Assembly (NCBI GenBank): GCA_963779755.1
Contig: CAVZZO010000003.1
Span: 128,001-192,000, forward strand
DNA: 64,000 nucleotides
Origin: an uncultured Gemmatimonadales bacterium
GTDB taxonomy: Bacteria > Gemmatimonadota > Gemmatimonadetes > Gemmatimonadales > GWC2-71-9
Direction of reading: 5' to 3'
Both the position numbers and the translations under genes were made by a program. Within the stretch, counting starts at the first letter, position 1; every line of letters begins with the position of its first letter. Shown here in pieces: positions 1 to 8,278 of the stretch. The notes beneath the pieces were generated by a model. That model was given only the letters and a program-made list of their open reading frames with translations, searched no databases and was not told the DNA's origin.

Positions 1-780
1 GCGGCTGGGATCGTAACGCCACCAGGCGGTGCTGTCCGGACCCCAGGCAAGCCTCCACCAGGGCAGGGGGCGCTGATAGAATGCCTCCAGCTCGTCGAAG
101 GATTGAGCCTCATGAGCGGGATGCCCGAGGCTATCCGCCGGGACATAGAGGGGAACCGCTACCGCGGAGAAGGCCACCGCGGCAGAGAACCGGCCAGGGT
201 AGGTGAGCGCCAGGGTCAGCGCGCCCGTGCCTCCCATGCTGAGGCCCATGAGGCCGCGATGGGCCCGGTCCGCCAGCGTGCGATACCGTGCGTCGACCCA
301 GCGTACGAGGTCCCGTGCCACGGCATCGCCGTAGGCGGCTCGCTGGACGCAGAACGCTTCGGCGGCTTCGGCCAGATCTTCGTCCCCGGCACATCGCTCC
401 GTCGGCACGGTGGCGGACCAGTTGCTCCAGCGCCCATTGTCGCCGTCCGGCATCACCAGGATCATCTCCCGCACGCCATGGCCGAAGGCCGAATCCGCCA
501 CCAGGTTCAGCTGTCCGCGGCTTATCCAGTCGCTCTCATTTCCGCCATAACCATGGAGCACATAGACGACCGGATATCGCCGGCCGGGACTGGTCGCGTA
601 GGACCGAGGCAGATAGACCAGCACGTTCTTGTCCACTCCCAGGGCCGCTGAGTGGAAGCGCTCGATCTGAACCAGGGAAAGCGATGGCGGTGTTGCTACG
701 CTCTGGGCCGGCAAGCGACCGGGCCAAGCCGCGAGGATACCCAGGCCACAGAGACCACCGCACTGCCGGAAATGAATCAT
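1..780 (-). CDS. Secreted alpha/beta-hydrolase (putative esterase family), 3'-truncated by window edge
   Basis: Not in the ORF track because there is no stop in the window. Manual translation from ATG 780 (GGAGG RBS upstream) gives a signal-like N-terminus, VYLPRSY...YPVVYVLHGYGG...LVMPDG and the nucleophile elbow GLSMGG. Confidence 0.85.
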   Translation of the reverse strand, partial: MIHFRQCGGLCGLGILAAWPGRLPAQSVATPPSLSLVQIERFHSAALGVDKNVLVYLPRSYATSPGRRYPVVYVLHGYGGNESDWISRGQLNLVADSAFGHGVREMILVMPDGDNGRWSNWSATVPTERCAGDEDLAEAAEAFCVQRAAYGDAVARDLVRWVDARYRTLADRAHRGLMGLSMGGTGALTLALTYPGRFSAAVAFSAVAVPLYVPADSLGHPAHEAQSFDELEAFYQRPLPWWRLAWGPDSTAWWRYDPSR

Positions 781-901
781 GCCACCCTCCATGCGGCTCT
801 TCCCACCGCCAGTCAGACCTGGTCATTGTGCGCCATTGACGTCGGGCCCTCAACCGGGGCAGCACCCAATTCGGGGCAGGGATCAGGGCAGTGCGCAGGG
901 A

Positions 902-1909
902 TCAGTGCCCCAGGTGAAACACCAGCCACAGCCCCGCCAGGTAGGTCAGTACCATGACCGCGGGGCCGGGCTCGACCTTCCACACCCGCCGTTCGCTGCG
1001 GTTCAGGATCTCCACGATGCCCATGGCGATGAGCAGAATGGCCACCGTCCCGGCCGCGAGGACAGCGGGCTCGAACTTCAGGAAGATCGACCCCGGCCCG
1101 TCCGCGAAATCCATGGGGATGAGAATCGCCATGTTGAAACAGTTGCTGCCCACCAGATTGCCGACCGCGAGATCGTACGAGCCCGCCCGGATGCTGGCCA
1201 CCGACACCGCCGCCTCCGGCATCGAGGTCGTGATGGCCAGCAGCAGCACGCCGATGAACCCGGTGGCGACGCCCAGCTGGTCGGCGATCTCGACCGCGGA
1301 GCCGGCGAGGTAACGGGCCGCGATCAGGATGACCAGTGCCGCGATGGCGAAGCTCAGCAGGGTTCGCCCCAGCGTGCGTGCCTCCGCCGGCGTGGGAGGG
1401 TGCGGGTTCTCCGCCTCGCCCGCCGGCTGGAAGGGAGGTTTCCCCCCCCGGTTCTCGTGCAGTACCCGCATGCCGCCCAGGTACAGGAGCCCGATCGCCA
1501 GGCTGGGCCAGCCGAAGCCGAGCGCACTGGTCTGGACACCGCTGACGGCTCCAAGGACGGCAACCGAGGTGAGGCCGATGCCGATGGCCCCCACCAGCGC
1601 CTGATTCACGGCAACCCGGGGCAGGACCCGGGTGCCCCGCGTGAACAGATCCGCCAAGGCGAGGATCAGCATGTTGGCCATGCCGGAGCCGAACAGATCG
1701 CCGGCGGCCAGGTTGGGGTGCCCGCCCCAGGTGGCGAACAGATCGGTGGTCAGCTCGGGCAGGGAAGTCGCGGCCGCGACCAGGATGGCCCCCACCCAGG
1801 CGCGTCCCAGGCCGGTGCGGTCGGCGATGACGTCGCCGTCCCTCGCGAGGCGCGAGCCGGCAAGGATGACGGCCGCGGCGCTGAGAACAAAGGTTAACCA
1901 CGCAGGCAT
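902..1909 (-). CDS. Sodium:calcium antiporter (YrbG/CaCA family)
   Basis: Hydrophobic protein with two alpha-repeats (ATSLPEL...GDLFGSGMAN and TTSMPEA...GNLVGSNCFN). Confidence 0.9.
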   Translation of the reverse strand: MPAWLTFVLSAAAVILAGSRLARDGDVIADRTGLGRAWVGAILVAAATSLPELTTDLFATWGGHPNLAAGDLFGSGMANMLILALADLFTRGTRVLPRVAVNQALVGAIGIGLTSVAVLGAVSGVQTSALGFGWPSLAIGLLYLGGMRVLHENRGGKPPFQPAGEAENPHPPTPAEARTLGRTLLSFAIAALVILIAARYLAGSAVEIADQLGVATGFIGVLLLAITTSMPEAAVSVASIRAGSYDLAVGNLVGSNCFNMAILIPMDFADGPGSIFLKFEPAVLAAGTVAILLIAMGIVEILNRSERRVWKVEPGPAVMVLTYLAGLWLVFHLGH

Positions 1910-1936
1910 GGCCAATCTTAGGATGGACCGGGAACA

Positions 1937-1994
1937 AGGGACAGGGGAGTACCGCCCTCACGCCCCGGTGGCTGGTCCCTTATCCCCTGTCCCT
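1937..1994. repeat. Heptamer-based inverted repeat (AGGGACAGGGGA / TCCCCTGTCCCT) in a divergent intergenic region
   Basis: Perfect 12-bp inverted repeat at 1937-1948 and 1983-1994; same family as 7480-7560. Confidence 0.75.
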
Positions 1995-2017
1995 CCTGCC
2001 TTTATCTTCCCCCCACG

Positions 2018-2767
2018 ATGAACATCCTGGTTTCCAACGATGACGGCGTGCTGGCTCCCGGCCTGGCTCTCCTGGCCCGGGCCTGCCAGTCGGTCGGCAA
2101 GGTCACGGTGGTGGCGCCGGATCGGGAGCAGAGCGGGACCAGCCATTCCCTGACCCTGCACCGGCCCATCCGCGCCAATCGCCGGCCCGACGGCGCCTTC
2201 CAGGTGGACGGAACCCCGACGGACTGTGTGCTGCTGGCCTTCGGCGAGCTGCTGGAGCGGCGGCCGGATTTCGTCTTCTCCGGAGTAAATCAGGGGCCCA
2301 ACATGGGCGAGGACGTGCTCTACAGCGGCACCGTGTCGGTGGCCATGGAAGCGGTGACGCTGGGTGTACCGGGTATCGCGATCTCCTTTGCCGGGAGCGA
2401 CCCGGAAACGATGGGAACCTACGGCAGCCTGCTGGAAGGCCTCATTCGCCGCATCACCGAGGTGGAGGATTTTCCTCCCAGCACGCTGCTGAACGTCAAC
2501 CTGCCTCCCATTCCGGCCGGCCACGTGAAAGGCATCAAGGTCTGCAAGCTGGGAAGCCGGTATTTCTCGGAATCGATCAGCCGGATGAAAGATCCCTGGG
2601 GCCGGGAAATCTACTGGATCGGGGGCGGCACCATCACCTGGACCGGCGGCGAGGATACCGATCACGAGGCCGTGGGCGAGGGCTGCATTTCCATCACTCC
2701 CCTGCACATGGATCTGACCAACTACAATCTGATCGAAACGGTGCGGGGATGGCGGCTGCAGGATTGA
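2018..2767 (+). CDS. surE: 5'/3'-nucleotidase SurE
   Basis: MNILVSNDDG, GTPTDCV, SGVNQGPNMGEDVLYSGTV motifs; adjacent to pcm. Confidence 0.97.
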   Translation: MNILVSNDDGVLAPGLALLARACQSVGKVTVVAPDREQSGTSHSLTLHRPIRANRRPDGAFQVDGTPTDCVLLAFGELLERRPDFVFSGVNQGPNMGEDVLYSGTVSVAMEAVTLGVPGIAISFAGSDPETMGTYGSLLEGLIRRITEVEDFPPSTLLNVNLPPIPAGHVKGIKVCKLGSRYFSESISRMKDPWGREIYWIGGGTITWTGGEDTDHEAVGEGCISITPLHMDLTNYNLIETVRGWRLQD

Positions 2768-3438
2768 GCCCCGGGGACGGGTTCGGCGGCTACCGCGAGC
2801 AGCTGGTGGAAACGCTGCGGAGCAAGGGCATCCGCGACCTGGCGGTGCTGAACGCGGTGAGCAAGGTTCCGCGGCACCTCTTCGTCCCCGAAGCGGTCCG
2901 CCACCGCGCCTATGAGGATTCGGCCCTTCCCATCGGCGGGGGACAGACCATCTCCCAGCCGTTTGTCCAGGCGCAGTCGCTGGAAATGGCCGAGCTCACC
3001 GGCGAGGAAAAGGTCCTGGAAGTAGGCACCGGGTCCGGGTACCAGACCGCGCTGCTGGCCCAGCTCGCCAGTGTGGTCTTTACCGTCGAGCGGATACCTT
3101 CGCTGGCCCACTCGGCGCGCGAGGCGCTGGAAGCGGCCGGCGTCCGGAACGTATCGGTGCTGCAGGGCGATGGAACGCTCGGCTGGCGTCCCTATGCTCC
3201 CTACGACGCGATTATCGTCTCCGCCGCTTCGCCCACGGTGCCCGAACCGCTGGCCGACCAGCTGGCTCTGGGCGGCCGGCTGGTGATCCCGCTGGGCGAC
3301 CTGGGGCAGCAGGTGCTGACGCTGGTGCGCCGCACGACGGAGGGACTGGAACAGCGAACCATTTCCGAGGTACGGTTCGTACCCCTTCTGGGCCGGTTCG
3401 GTTTCGATCCCAACGCCAGCGAGAGTCATGGCCGCTGA
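2749..3438 (+). CDS. pcm: Protein-L-isoaspartate O-methyltransferase
   Basis: VPRHLFV, GQTISQP, VLEVGTGSGYQTA, APYDAII, VRFVPL motifs; surE-pcm synteny. Confidence 0.96.
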   Translation: MAAAGLSPGDGFGGYREQLVETLRSKGIRDLAVLNAVSKVPRHLFVPEAVRHRAYEDSALPIGGGQTISQPFVQAQSLEMAELTGEEKVLEVGTGSGYQTALLAQLASVVFTVERIPSLAHSAREALEAAGVRNVSVLQGDGTLGWRPYAPYDAIIVSAASPTVPEPLADQLALGGRLVIPLGDLGQQVLTLVRRTTEGLEQRTISEVRFVPLLGRFGFDPNASESHGR

Positions 3439-4150
3439 CATCATCCGCTGGATTACCGACGCCGTCTTCGCGCTGGGCTATCCCGGCATCGCGGCGCTCA
3501 TGTTCATCGAGTCGTCGTTCATTCCATTCCCCAGCGAGGTGATCCTGCCACCGGCGGGCTATCTGGTGGCCCAGGGGCGGATGAGCGGCGTGGCGGTGCT
3601 GGCGGCCGGTCTTACCGGCAGCCTGCTGGGCGCCTTGTTCAATTACTACGTCGCCGTCTACGTGGGCGAGCCGGTACTGCGGAAGTATGGCAAGTACGTC
3701 CTGTTGAAACCCGCCGCCCTCGACAAGGCGGAGCGGTTCTTCCGCCGGCACGGCGAGATCGGCACCTTTGTCGGCCGGCTGGTTCCCGTGGTACGCCAGC
3801 TCATCTCGGTTCCGGCGGGTATGGCCCGCATGAATCTGGCGCGGTTCGTCTTCTATACCGGGCTCGGTGCCGGCGCCTGGTGCGCCATCCTGGTGTATAT
3901 CGGCTGGTGGCTCGGCCGGCATCAGGCCGCCCTGGCCGATGTCGCCGTGCTGGCGGGCCAGCAGGCGCATCGGTGGTTCTTCTTCTATGTGCTACCGGCC
4001 CTCGTTGTCATCGTGGCGCTCTACTGGGTGTGGTACCGGCGGACCGGCAGGGCGACGGGAAACCAGGAAGCAGAGGACCATGCCGGCGGCGGTGCCACCG
4101 TCGCCCCGCCGGACCGCCATAGCGCCGGCAACGTGGAATCAGGGGAATAG
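3428..4150 (+). CDS. DedA family membrane protein
   Basis: IESSFIPFPSEVILPPAG and FVGRLVPVVRQLISVPAG DedA motifs. Confidence 0.93.
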   Translation: MAADIIRWITDAVFALGYPGIAALMFIESSFIPFPSEVILPPAGYLVAQGRMSGVAVLAAGLTGSLLGALFNYYVAVYVGEPVLRKYGKYVLLKPAALDKAERFFRRHGEIGTFVGRLVPVVRQLISVPAGMARMNLARFVFYTGLGAGAWCAILVYIGWWLGRHQAALADVAVLAGQQAHRWFFFYVLPALVVIVALYWVWYRRTGRATGNQEAEDHAGGGATVAPPDRHSAGNVESGE

Positions 4151-4158
4151 GGGGCGAC

Positions 4159-4431
4159 ATGGCCGCCACGCGTTTTCTCGTCTCAGGTGTCGTTCAGGGT
4201 GTGGGGTTCCGCTGGTTTGTGGCCCGCCACGGCCGCCACCTTGGCCTTCGCGGATTCGCCAGGAACCTGCCCGACGGCCGGGTGGAGGTCCTGGTCTCCG
4301 GCCCCGGGAACGCTCTCAACGACCTGGAGGCGCTGCTCCGGCGCGGGCCTGCACACGCGCGGGTCACCGGGGTGGATAAACACGATATTTCGGATGATGT
4401 AGTTGATGCTAAATCATTTGACATACGGTGA
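4159..4431 (+). CDS. acyP: Acylphosphatase
   Basis: VSGVVQGVGFR and GFARNLPDGRVEV signature. Confidence 0.95.
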   Translation: MAATRFLVSGVVQGVGFRWFVARHGRHLGLRGFARNLPDGRVEVLVSGPGNALNDLEALLRRGPAHARVTGVDKHDISDDVVDAKSFDIR

Positions 4432-4464
4432 TTACAATTTTCACATGCACCATGGGTTGAGGCA

Positions 4465-4998
4465 ATGGAATCGTTGCGAAACGACATTCGAACCACCCTG
4501 CGAGCCGTCCCTGACTACCCTCAGCCTGGCATCCTCTTTCAGGATATCACCCCGATACTCAGGGATTCCGGCCTGCTGCGCCGGGTGGTAGCCGCGCTCT
4601 GCGAACCGTTCCAGGGGCAGGGGATCACCCACGTAGCCGGCATTGAGGCCCGTGGCTTCATTCTGGGCGCGCCGGTGGCGGTGCAGCTGGGAGCGGGATT
4701 CATTCCGGTGCGGAAGGCGGGGAAGTTGCCCGGCCGCACGCTGAGCCGAGAATACGCGTTGGAGTATGGCACGGCCGTGCTGGAGGCCCATGAGGACCAT
4801 CTGTCTCCCGGGAACATGGTCCTGATCATCGACGATGTGCTGGCCACCGGCGGCACCGCCGCCGCGGCCGCGGAGATGGTCCGCCACTCGGGGGCCCGGC
4901 TCGCCGGCTGGGGCTTCCTGCTGGAGATCTCGGAGCTCGACGGCCGGATGAAACTGGGAGGGGCGCCGATCCATGTGTTGGCCGGGACGGAGGAATGA
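4465..4998 (+). CDS. apt: Adenine phosphoribosyltransferase
   Basis: PDYPQPGILFQDITP, GIEARGF, RKAGKLP, IIDDVLATGGT. Confidence 0.96.
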   Translation: MESLRNDIRTTLRAVPDYPQPGILFQDITPILRDSGLLRRVVAALCEPFQGQGITHVAGIEARGFILGAPVAVQLGAGFIPVRKAGKLPGRTLSREYALEYGTAVLEAHEDHLSPGNMVLIIDDVLATGGTAAAAAEMVRHSGARLAGWGFLLEISELDGRMKLGGAPIHVLAGTEE

Positions 4999-5071
4999 AA
5001 GAATGGGGGGAACGGAAATCGAGGCGCCATATTGACCTAAGGGCCTCTCGGCGCCTTATTTCACCGTCTTT

Positions 5072-5145
5072 GCCCCCGTAGCTCAGCTGGATAGAGCAGC
5101 AGTTTCCTAAACTGTTGGCCGCGTGTTCGAATCACGCCGGGGGCA
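5072..5145 (+). tRNA. tRNA-Arg (anticodon CCT)
   Basis: Cloverleaf: acceptor GCCCCCG/CGGGGGC, D-arm GCTC..GAGC, anticodon arm GCAGT-TTCCTAA-ACTGT, T-arm GCGTG-TTCGAAT-CACGC. CCA not encoded. Confidence 0.95.
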
Positions 5146-5172
5146 CCTGACGTGACCCTTTTCTACTAATAC

Positions 5173-5892
5173 ATGGCGACGACGTTGCAGGGACGATCCA
5201 AGAAGAAATACTCCACCTCCGCCAGCGGATCCTCCGCGCCCAACGCACCGGCAATCGCCGTGCAGCCGGGGCAGATGGACCGGCTGGCGGCCTGGGCCAG
5301 GCGGAACACCCGCGTCCTGTTGATCATCACCGGCGTGGTGGTCGCCGGCGGCCTGCTGACGTGGTTCATGATCACGGCGCAGCGGCGGAAGCAGGAGTTT
5401 GCCAGCCGCGCACTGGTCGAAGCGCGGTCCCTGGCTGAGAACGGGAACATCGCCCAGGCATCGAGCCGGTTGCAGCAGGTCATCGATACCTACAGCGGCA
5501 CCGATGCGGCCCAGGAGGCGGAGATCTCCCTGAACCAGCTGCGGCTGGTGAACGGGCAGGCCGAGCTGGCCGCGGTACGGCTGCGGGAGTTCATCGCCCG
5601 CAGCCCGGCACCCCGGTATCTGGCGCCGGCCGAAGCCCTGCTGGGCTCGGCCCTGGAGAACGCAGGCAAGCCGGCCGATGCCGCCGCCGCCTACCAGAAG
5701 GCGGCCGACGCTACCAGCACCCCGTACCTCAAAGCCGACTACCTGCTCGATGCCGCCCGGGCCTACACCGATGCCGGCAAGAACGATGCGGCGATCCAGG
5801 TTCTCACGGTGGTGGTGGACAAGTATCAGGACACCAACGCCTATGTCGAGGCGCAGGTGCGATTGGCGGAGCTGACGAAAGGAAAGATGTAA
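5173..5892 (+). CDS. Membrane-anchored tetratricopeptide-repeat protein (YfgM-like)
   Basis: Single N-terminal TM segment followed by Ala-rich TPR-like helical repeats. Confidence 0.8.
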   Translation: MATTLQGRSKKKYSTSASGSSAPNAPAIAVQPGQMDRLAAWARRNTRVLLIITGVVVAGGLLTWFMITAQRRKQEFASRALVEARSLAENGNIAQASSRLQQVIDTYSGTDAAQEAEISLNQLRLVNGQAELAAVRLREFIARSPAPRYLAPAEALLGSALENAGKPADAAAAYQKAADATSTPYLKADYLLDAARAYTDAGKNDAAIQVLTVVVDKYQDTNAYVEAQVRLAELTKGKM

Positions 5893-6494
5893 CAGTCGGG
5901 AGCAGGGGAGAGTCAGGGCGACTGGCCCGCGGCGCCGCTGGTCCATCCGGATCGAGCGGCGCCTGCCGTGTGATCCGGGTGCTGCGAGAACCGGCCGGGA
6001 CGGAACGATTCTGGCCTTGCGCGCGGCGTCCCCCCCGAGGCTGCCCTGGCCGGCCTCCCGCCTCGCTGACCAGACCGGCAATCTCGTCTGCCGGCGACGC
6101 GGGATGCCCGCCCCAGACGCCTTCCTCGCCTCACACGGTCCGCCAACCTCAGCCTTGCGTTCCCGGGGTCGCTGGAATACGACCGGGTGGCGGGAGGGAG
6201 CGGTCCAAGGCCTTCCGGCCCAGGGAATGGGCCCAGCCGGTCTATTTACCCGGGAGAATCCCCGGCTGGCCTTGAGAAGCAACTTGAAGGCCGATGGTCC
6301 ATCCAATTAATCCGTAACCGCTTACATAAGAGACAACCGAAGCCACCCACCGTCGGAAGTATGACCTGGGTCCGGAAAGCAACCGCAAGTCGCCGAGTAG
6401 GGGCCCGGAGCCAGACATGGAGCGGCGAGAGGCGCACGAAAGGCGATTCTTTGCCTAAATATGACCCAGCATCGAGCCACTGCCGTAGCACTAA

Positions 6495-6522
6495 AGTTCG
6501 TATAATATATGTTATGTTAACT
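6495..6522 (+). other. dif: dif site (XerC/XerD chromosome dimer resolution site)
   Basis: AGTTCGTATAA-TATATG-TTATGTTAACT has the 11-6-11 layout of E. coli dif (GGTGCGCATAA-TGTATA-TTATGTTAAAT); XerD arm 10/11 identical. It is AT-rich, intergenic, and flanked by converging genes. Confidence 0.9.
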
Positions 6523-6620
6523 AAAACAGTGGATAACTGTTGATAACGGGGAAAACCCGACGCCGTGATACTCCCTGACGTGGATTTGACGAGTTTTGAC
6601 CAGAACTGGCTGACGGAAGG

Positions 6621-7463
6621 TCAGCCGGCAGCGAGCTCGCCCGTGAAGACCAGGCGGCCTTCCCCATGGAGCCAGACATCTTCTGCGTGGGTGGGTGTCA
6701 GGCGCGCCGAGACGCGAATGGGACGCCCGCTCCGGCTCCGAACCACCACTGGTAGCTGGAGAACGCCCAGCGAGGCCCCAGCCACCGCCGAGGCAGCGGT
6801 GCCGGTGCCGCAGGCATGAGTTTCCCCTTCCACCCCCCGTTCGTAAGTCCGGAGGGCCCAGGCCGGCTCCCCGACCGACGGTGAAGGGACCGGCCCCAGG
6901 AAGTTGATGTTGGCGCCACCCGGGCGAAGCGCAGGATGGAGCCGCAACTGCCGTCCCCGGCCCTCAACGTCGAGGTTATCCACATCGGAAACGAGTACCG
7001 TGAGGTGCGGAACCCCGACGGTCGAGAGGAGGATCTTCTGCTCCCCCGGCAGTCGCTCGATGTCGGGCACCTCATGGGGGCGAAGAAAACCCGGCAGGTG
7101 CAGTTCCGCCTCCCATTCCTGTCCGCTGCAGCGGCTGGGAAACGTCCCTGCCCCGGTCACGAGGTGCATGCCATCCGCCGGGGCCAGGCCCAGCCGGGCC
7201 GAGAGCCTGGTGCTGCACAGGGCGGCGTTGCCGCACATCTCGGCCGCCGATCCATCGGAGTTGAAGAACACCATCCGGACATATCCGGCGCCGTGCTGCG
7301 GCTCGGGCACCAGAATGACCAGTCCGTCGGCTCCCACCCCGCGCCGCCGGTCGCAGACCCGCTGGATCCGCTCGGCCGTCCAGTGGGCAGGGCTGTGCTC
7401 CCGGCCGTCCAGGAAGACGAAATCGTTCCCGCTTCCGGTCATTTTATAGAAGGTGGTGCTCAT
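6621..7463 (-). CDS. dapF: Diaminopimelate epimerase
   Basis: FYKMTGSGNDF, GVGADG, NSDGSAAEMCGN, TYERGVEGETHACGTG. Start set at ATG 7463. Confidence 0.96.
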   Translation of the reverse strand: MSTTFYKMTGSGNDFVFLDGREHSPAHWTAERIQRVCDRRRGVGADGLVILVPEPQHGAGYVRMVFFNSDGSAAEMCGNAALCSTRLSARLGLAPADGMHLVTGAGTFPSRCSGQEWEAELHLPGFLRPHEVPDIERLPGEQKILLSTVGVPHLTVLVSDVDNLDVEGRGRQLRLHPALRPGGANINFLGPVPSPSVGEPAWALRTYERGVEGETHACGTGTAASAVAGASLGVLQLPVVVRSRSGRPIRVSARLTPTHAEDVWLHGEGRLVFTGELAAG

Positions 7464-7479
7464 GACGGGAACCGCGAAT

Positions 7480-7560
7480 AGGGGACAAGGGATAGGGGAT
7501 AAGGGATAAGGGATAAGGGACAGGGGCACCGGAGAACATGGTCCCCTGCCCCCTGTCCCT
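7480..7560. repeat. Heptamer tandem repeat (ARGGGAY x6-7) with inverted copy
   Basis: AGGGGAC AAGGGAT AGGGGAT AAGGGAT AAGGGAT AAGGGAC AGGGGCA ... TGCCCCCTGTCCCT. Confidence 0.9.
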
Positions 7561-8278
7561 ACAGCTTCTTGAATATCGCCGCCATCCGCAGCCACCAGAC
7601 CATCCAGATCGCCTCCCGGACGATCCGTTTGTTCATCTTGCTCTGCCCTTCCACCCGGTCGGTGAACACGATGGGGATCTCGACTAGGCGGAAGCCCTTC
7701 TTCCAGGCGCGGAAGCTCATCTCGATCTGGAAGGCATAGCCGTTGGAGCGAACCCGGTTGAGGGGGATAGCCTCGAGGACGCGGCGGCGGAAGAGCTTGA
7801 ACCCGCCGGTCGAATCGGAGAGCGGCAGGCCGGTGACCCACCGGGCATAGATGTTGGCCCCCACGGACAGCAGCAGGCGCGATAGAGGCCAGTTGATCAC
7901 GTTGACGCCGTTCTTGTAGCGAGACCCGATCACCACGTCGGCATCCTGGATGGCACGCAGGAAGCTGGGAACGCGGCTCGGGTCATGACTGAAATCGGCA
8001 TCCATTTCGAAAATCAGGTCGTAGCCGTGCTCCAGGGCCCAGCCGAAGCCGGCGATATAGGCCTTTCCCAGCCCGGCCTTCTTTTCCCGGTGCAGCACGT
8101 GCACCCGCGGCTCGATTTCGGCCAGCCGGTCGGCCAGCGCGCCGGTGCCGTCGGGAGAGTTGTCGTCAACAATGAGCATCTCGATCCGTGACTCCTGGCT
8201 CAGGATGGCCGGGACCACATGGGGGAGATTGACCAGCTCATTATAGGTCGGGACAACGACCAGGATCCGCTCAGGCAC
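7559..8278 (-). CDS. Polyprenol monophosphomannose synthase-like GT2 (Ppm1/DPM1 family)
   Basis: VVVPTYNE, VDDNSPDGT, EMDADFSH, GYAFQIEM motifs; GTG start overlaps the upstream gene end. Confidence 0.9.
   Translation of the reverse strand: MPERILVVVPTYNELVNLPHVVPAILSQESRIEMLIVDDNSPDGTGALADRLAEIEPRVHVLHREKKAGLGKAYIAGFGWALEHGYDLIFEMDADFSHDPSRVPSFLRAIQDADVVIGSRYKNGVNVINWPLSRLLLSVGANIYARWVTGLPLSDSTGGFKLFRRRVLEAIPLNRVRSNGYAFQIEMSFRAWKKGFRLVEIPIVFTDRVEGQSKMNKRIVREAIWMVWWLRMAAIFKKL

Noticed and set aside
5032..5062. Sigma-70 promoter for tRNA-Arg
   Set aside because: TTGACC is present but there is no convincing TAnnnT at 16-18 bp spacing, so it was not called.
5893..6620. Protein-coding ORFs or oriC in the gap around dif
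   Set aside because: The ORFs lack RBS, motifs or typical composition. Only two DnaA-like boxes, no dnaA/dnaN nearby, and convergent gene orientation fit a terminus rather than an origin.
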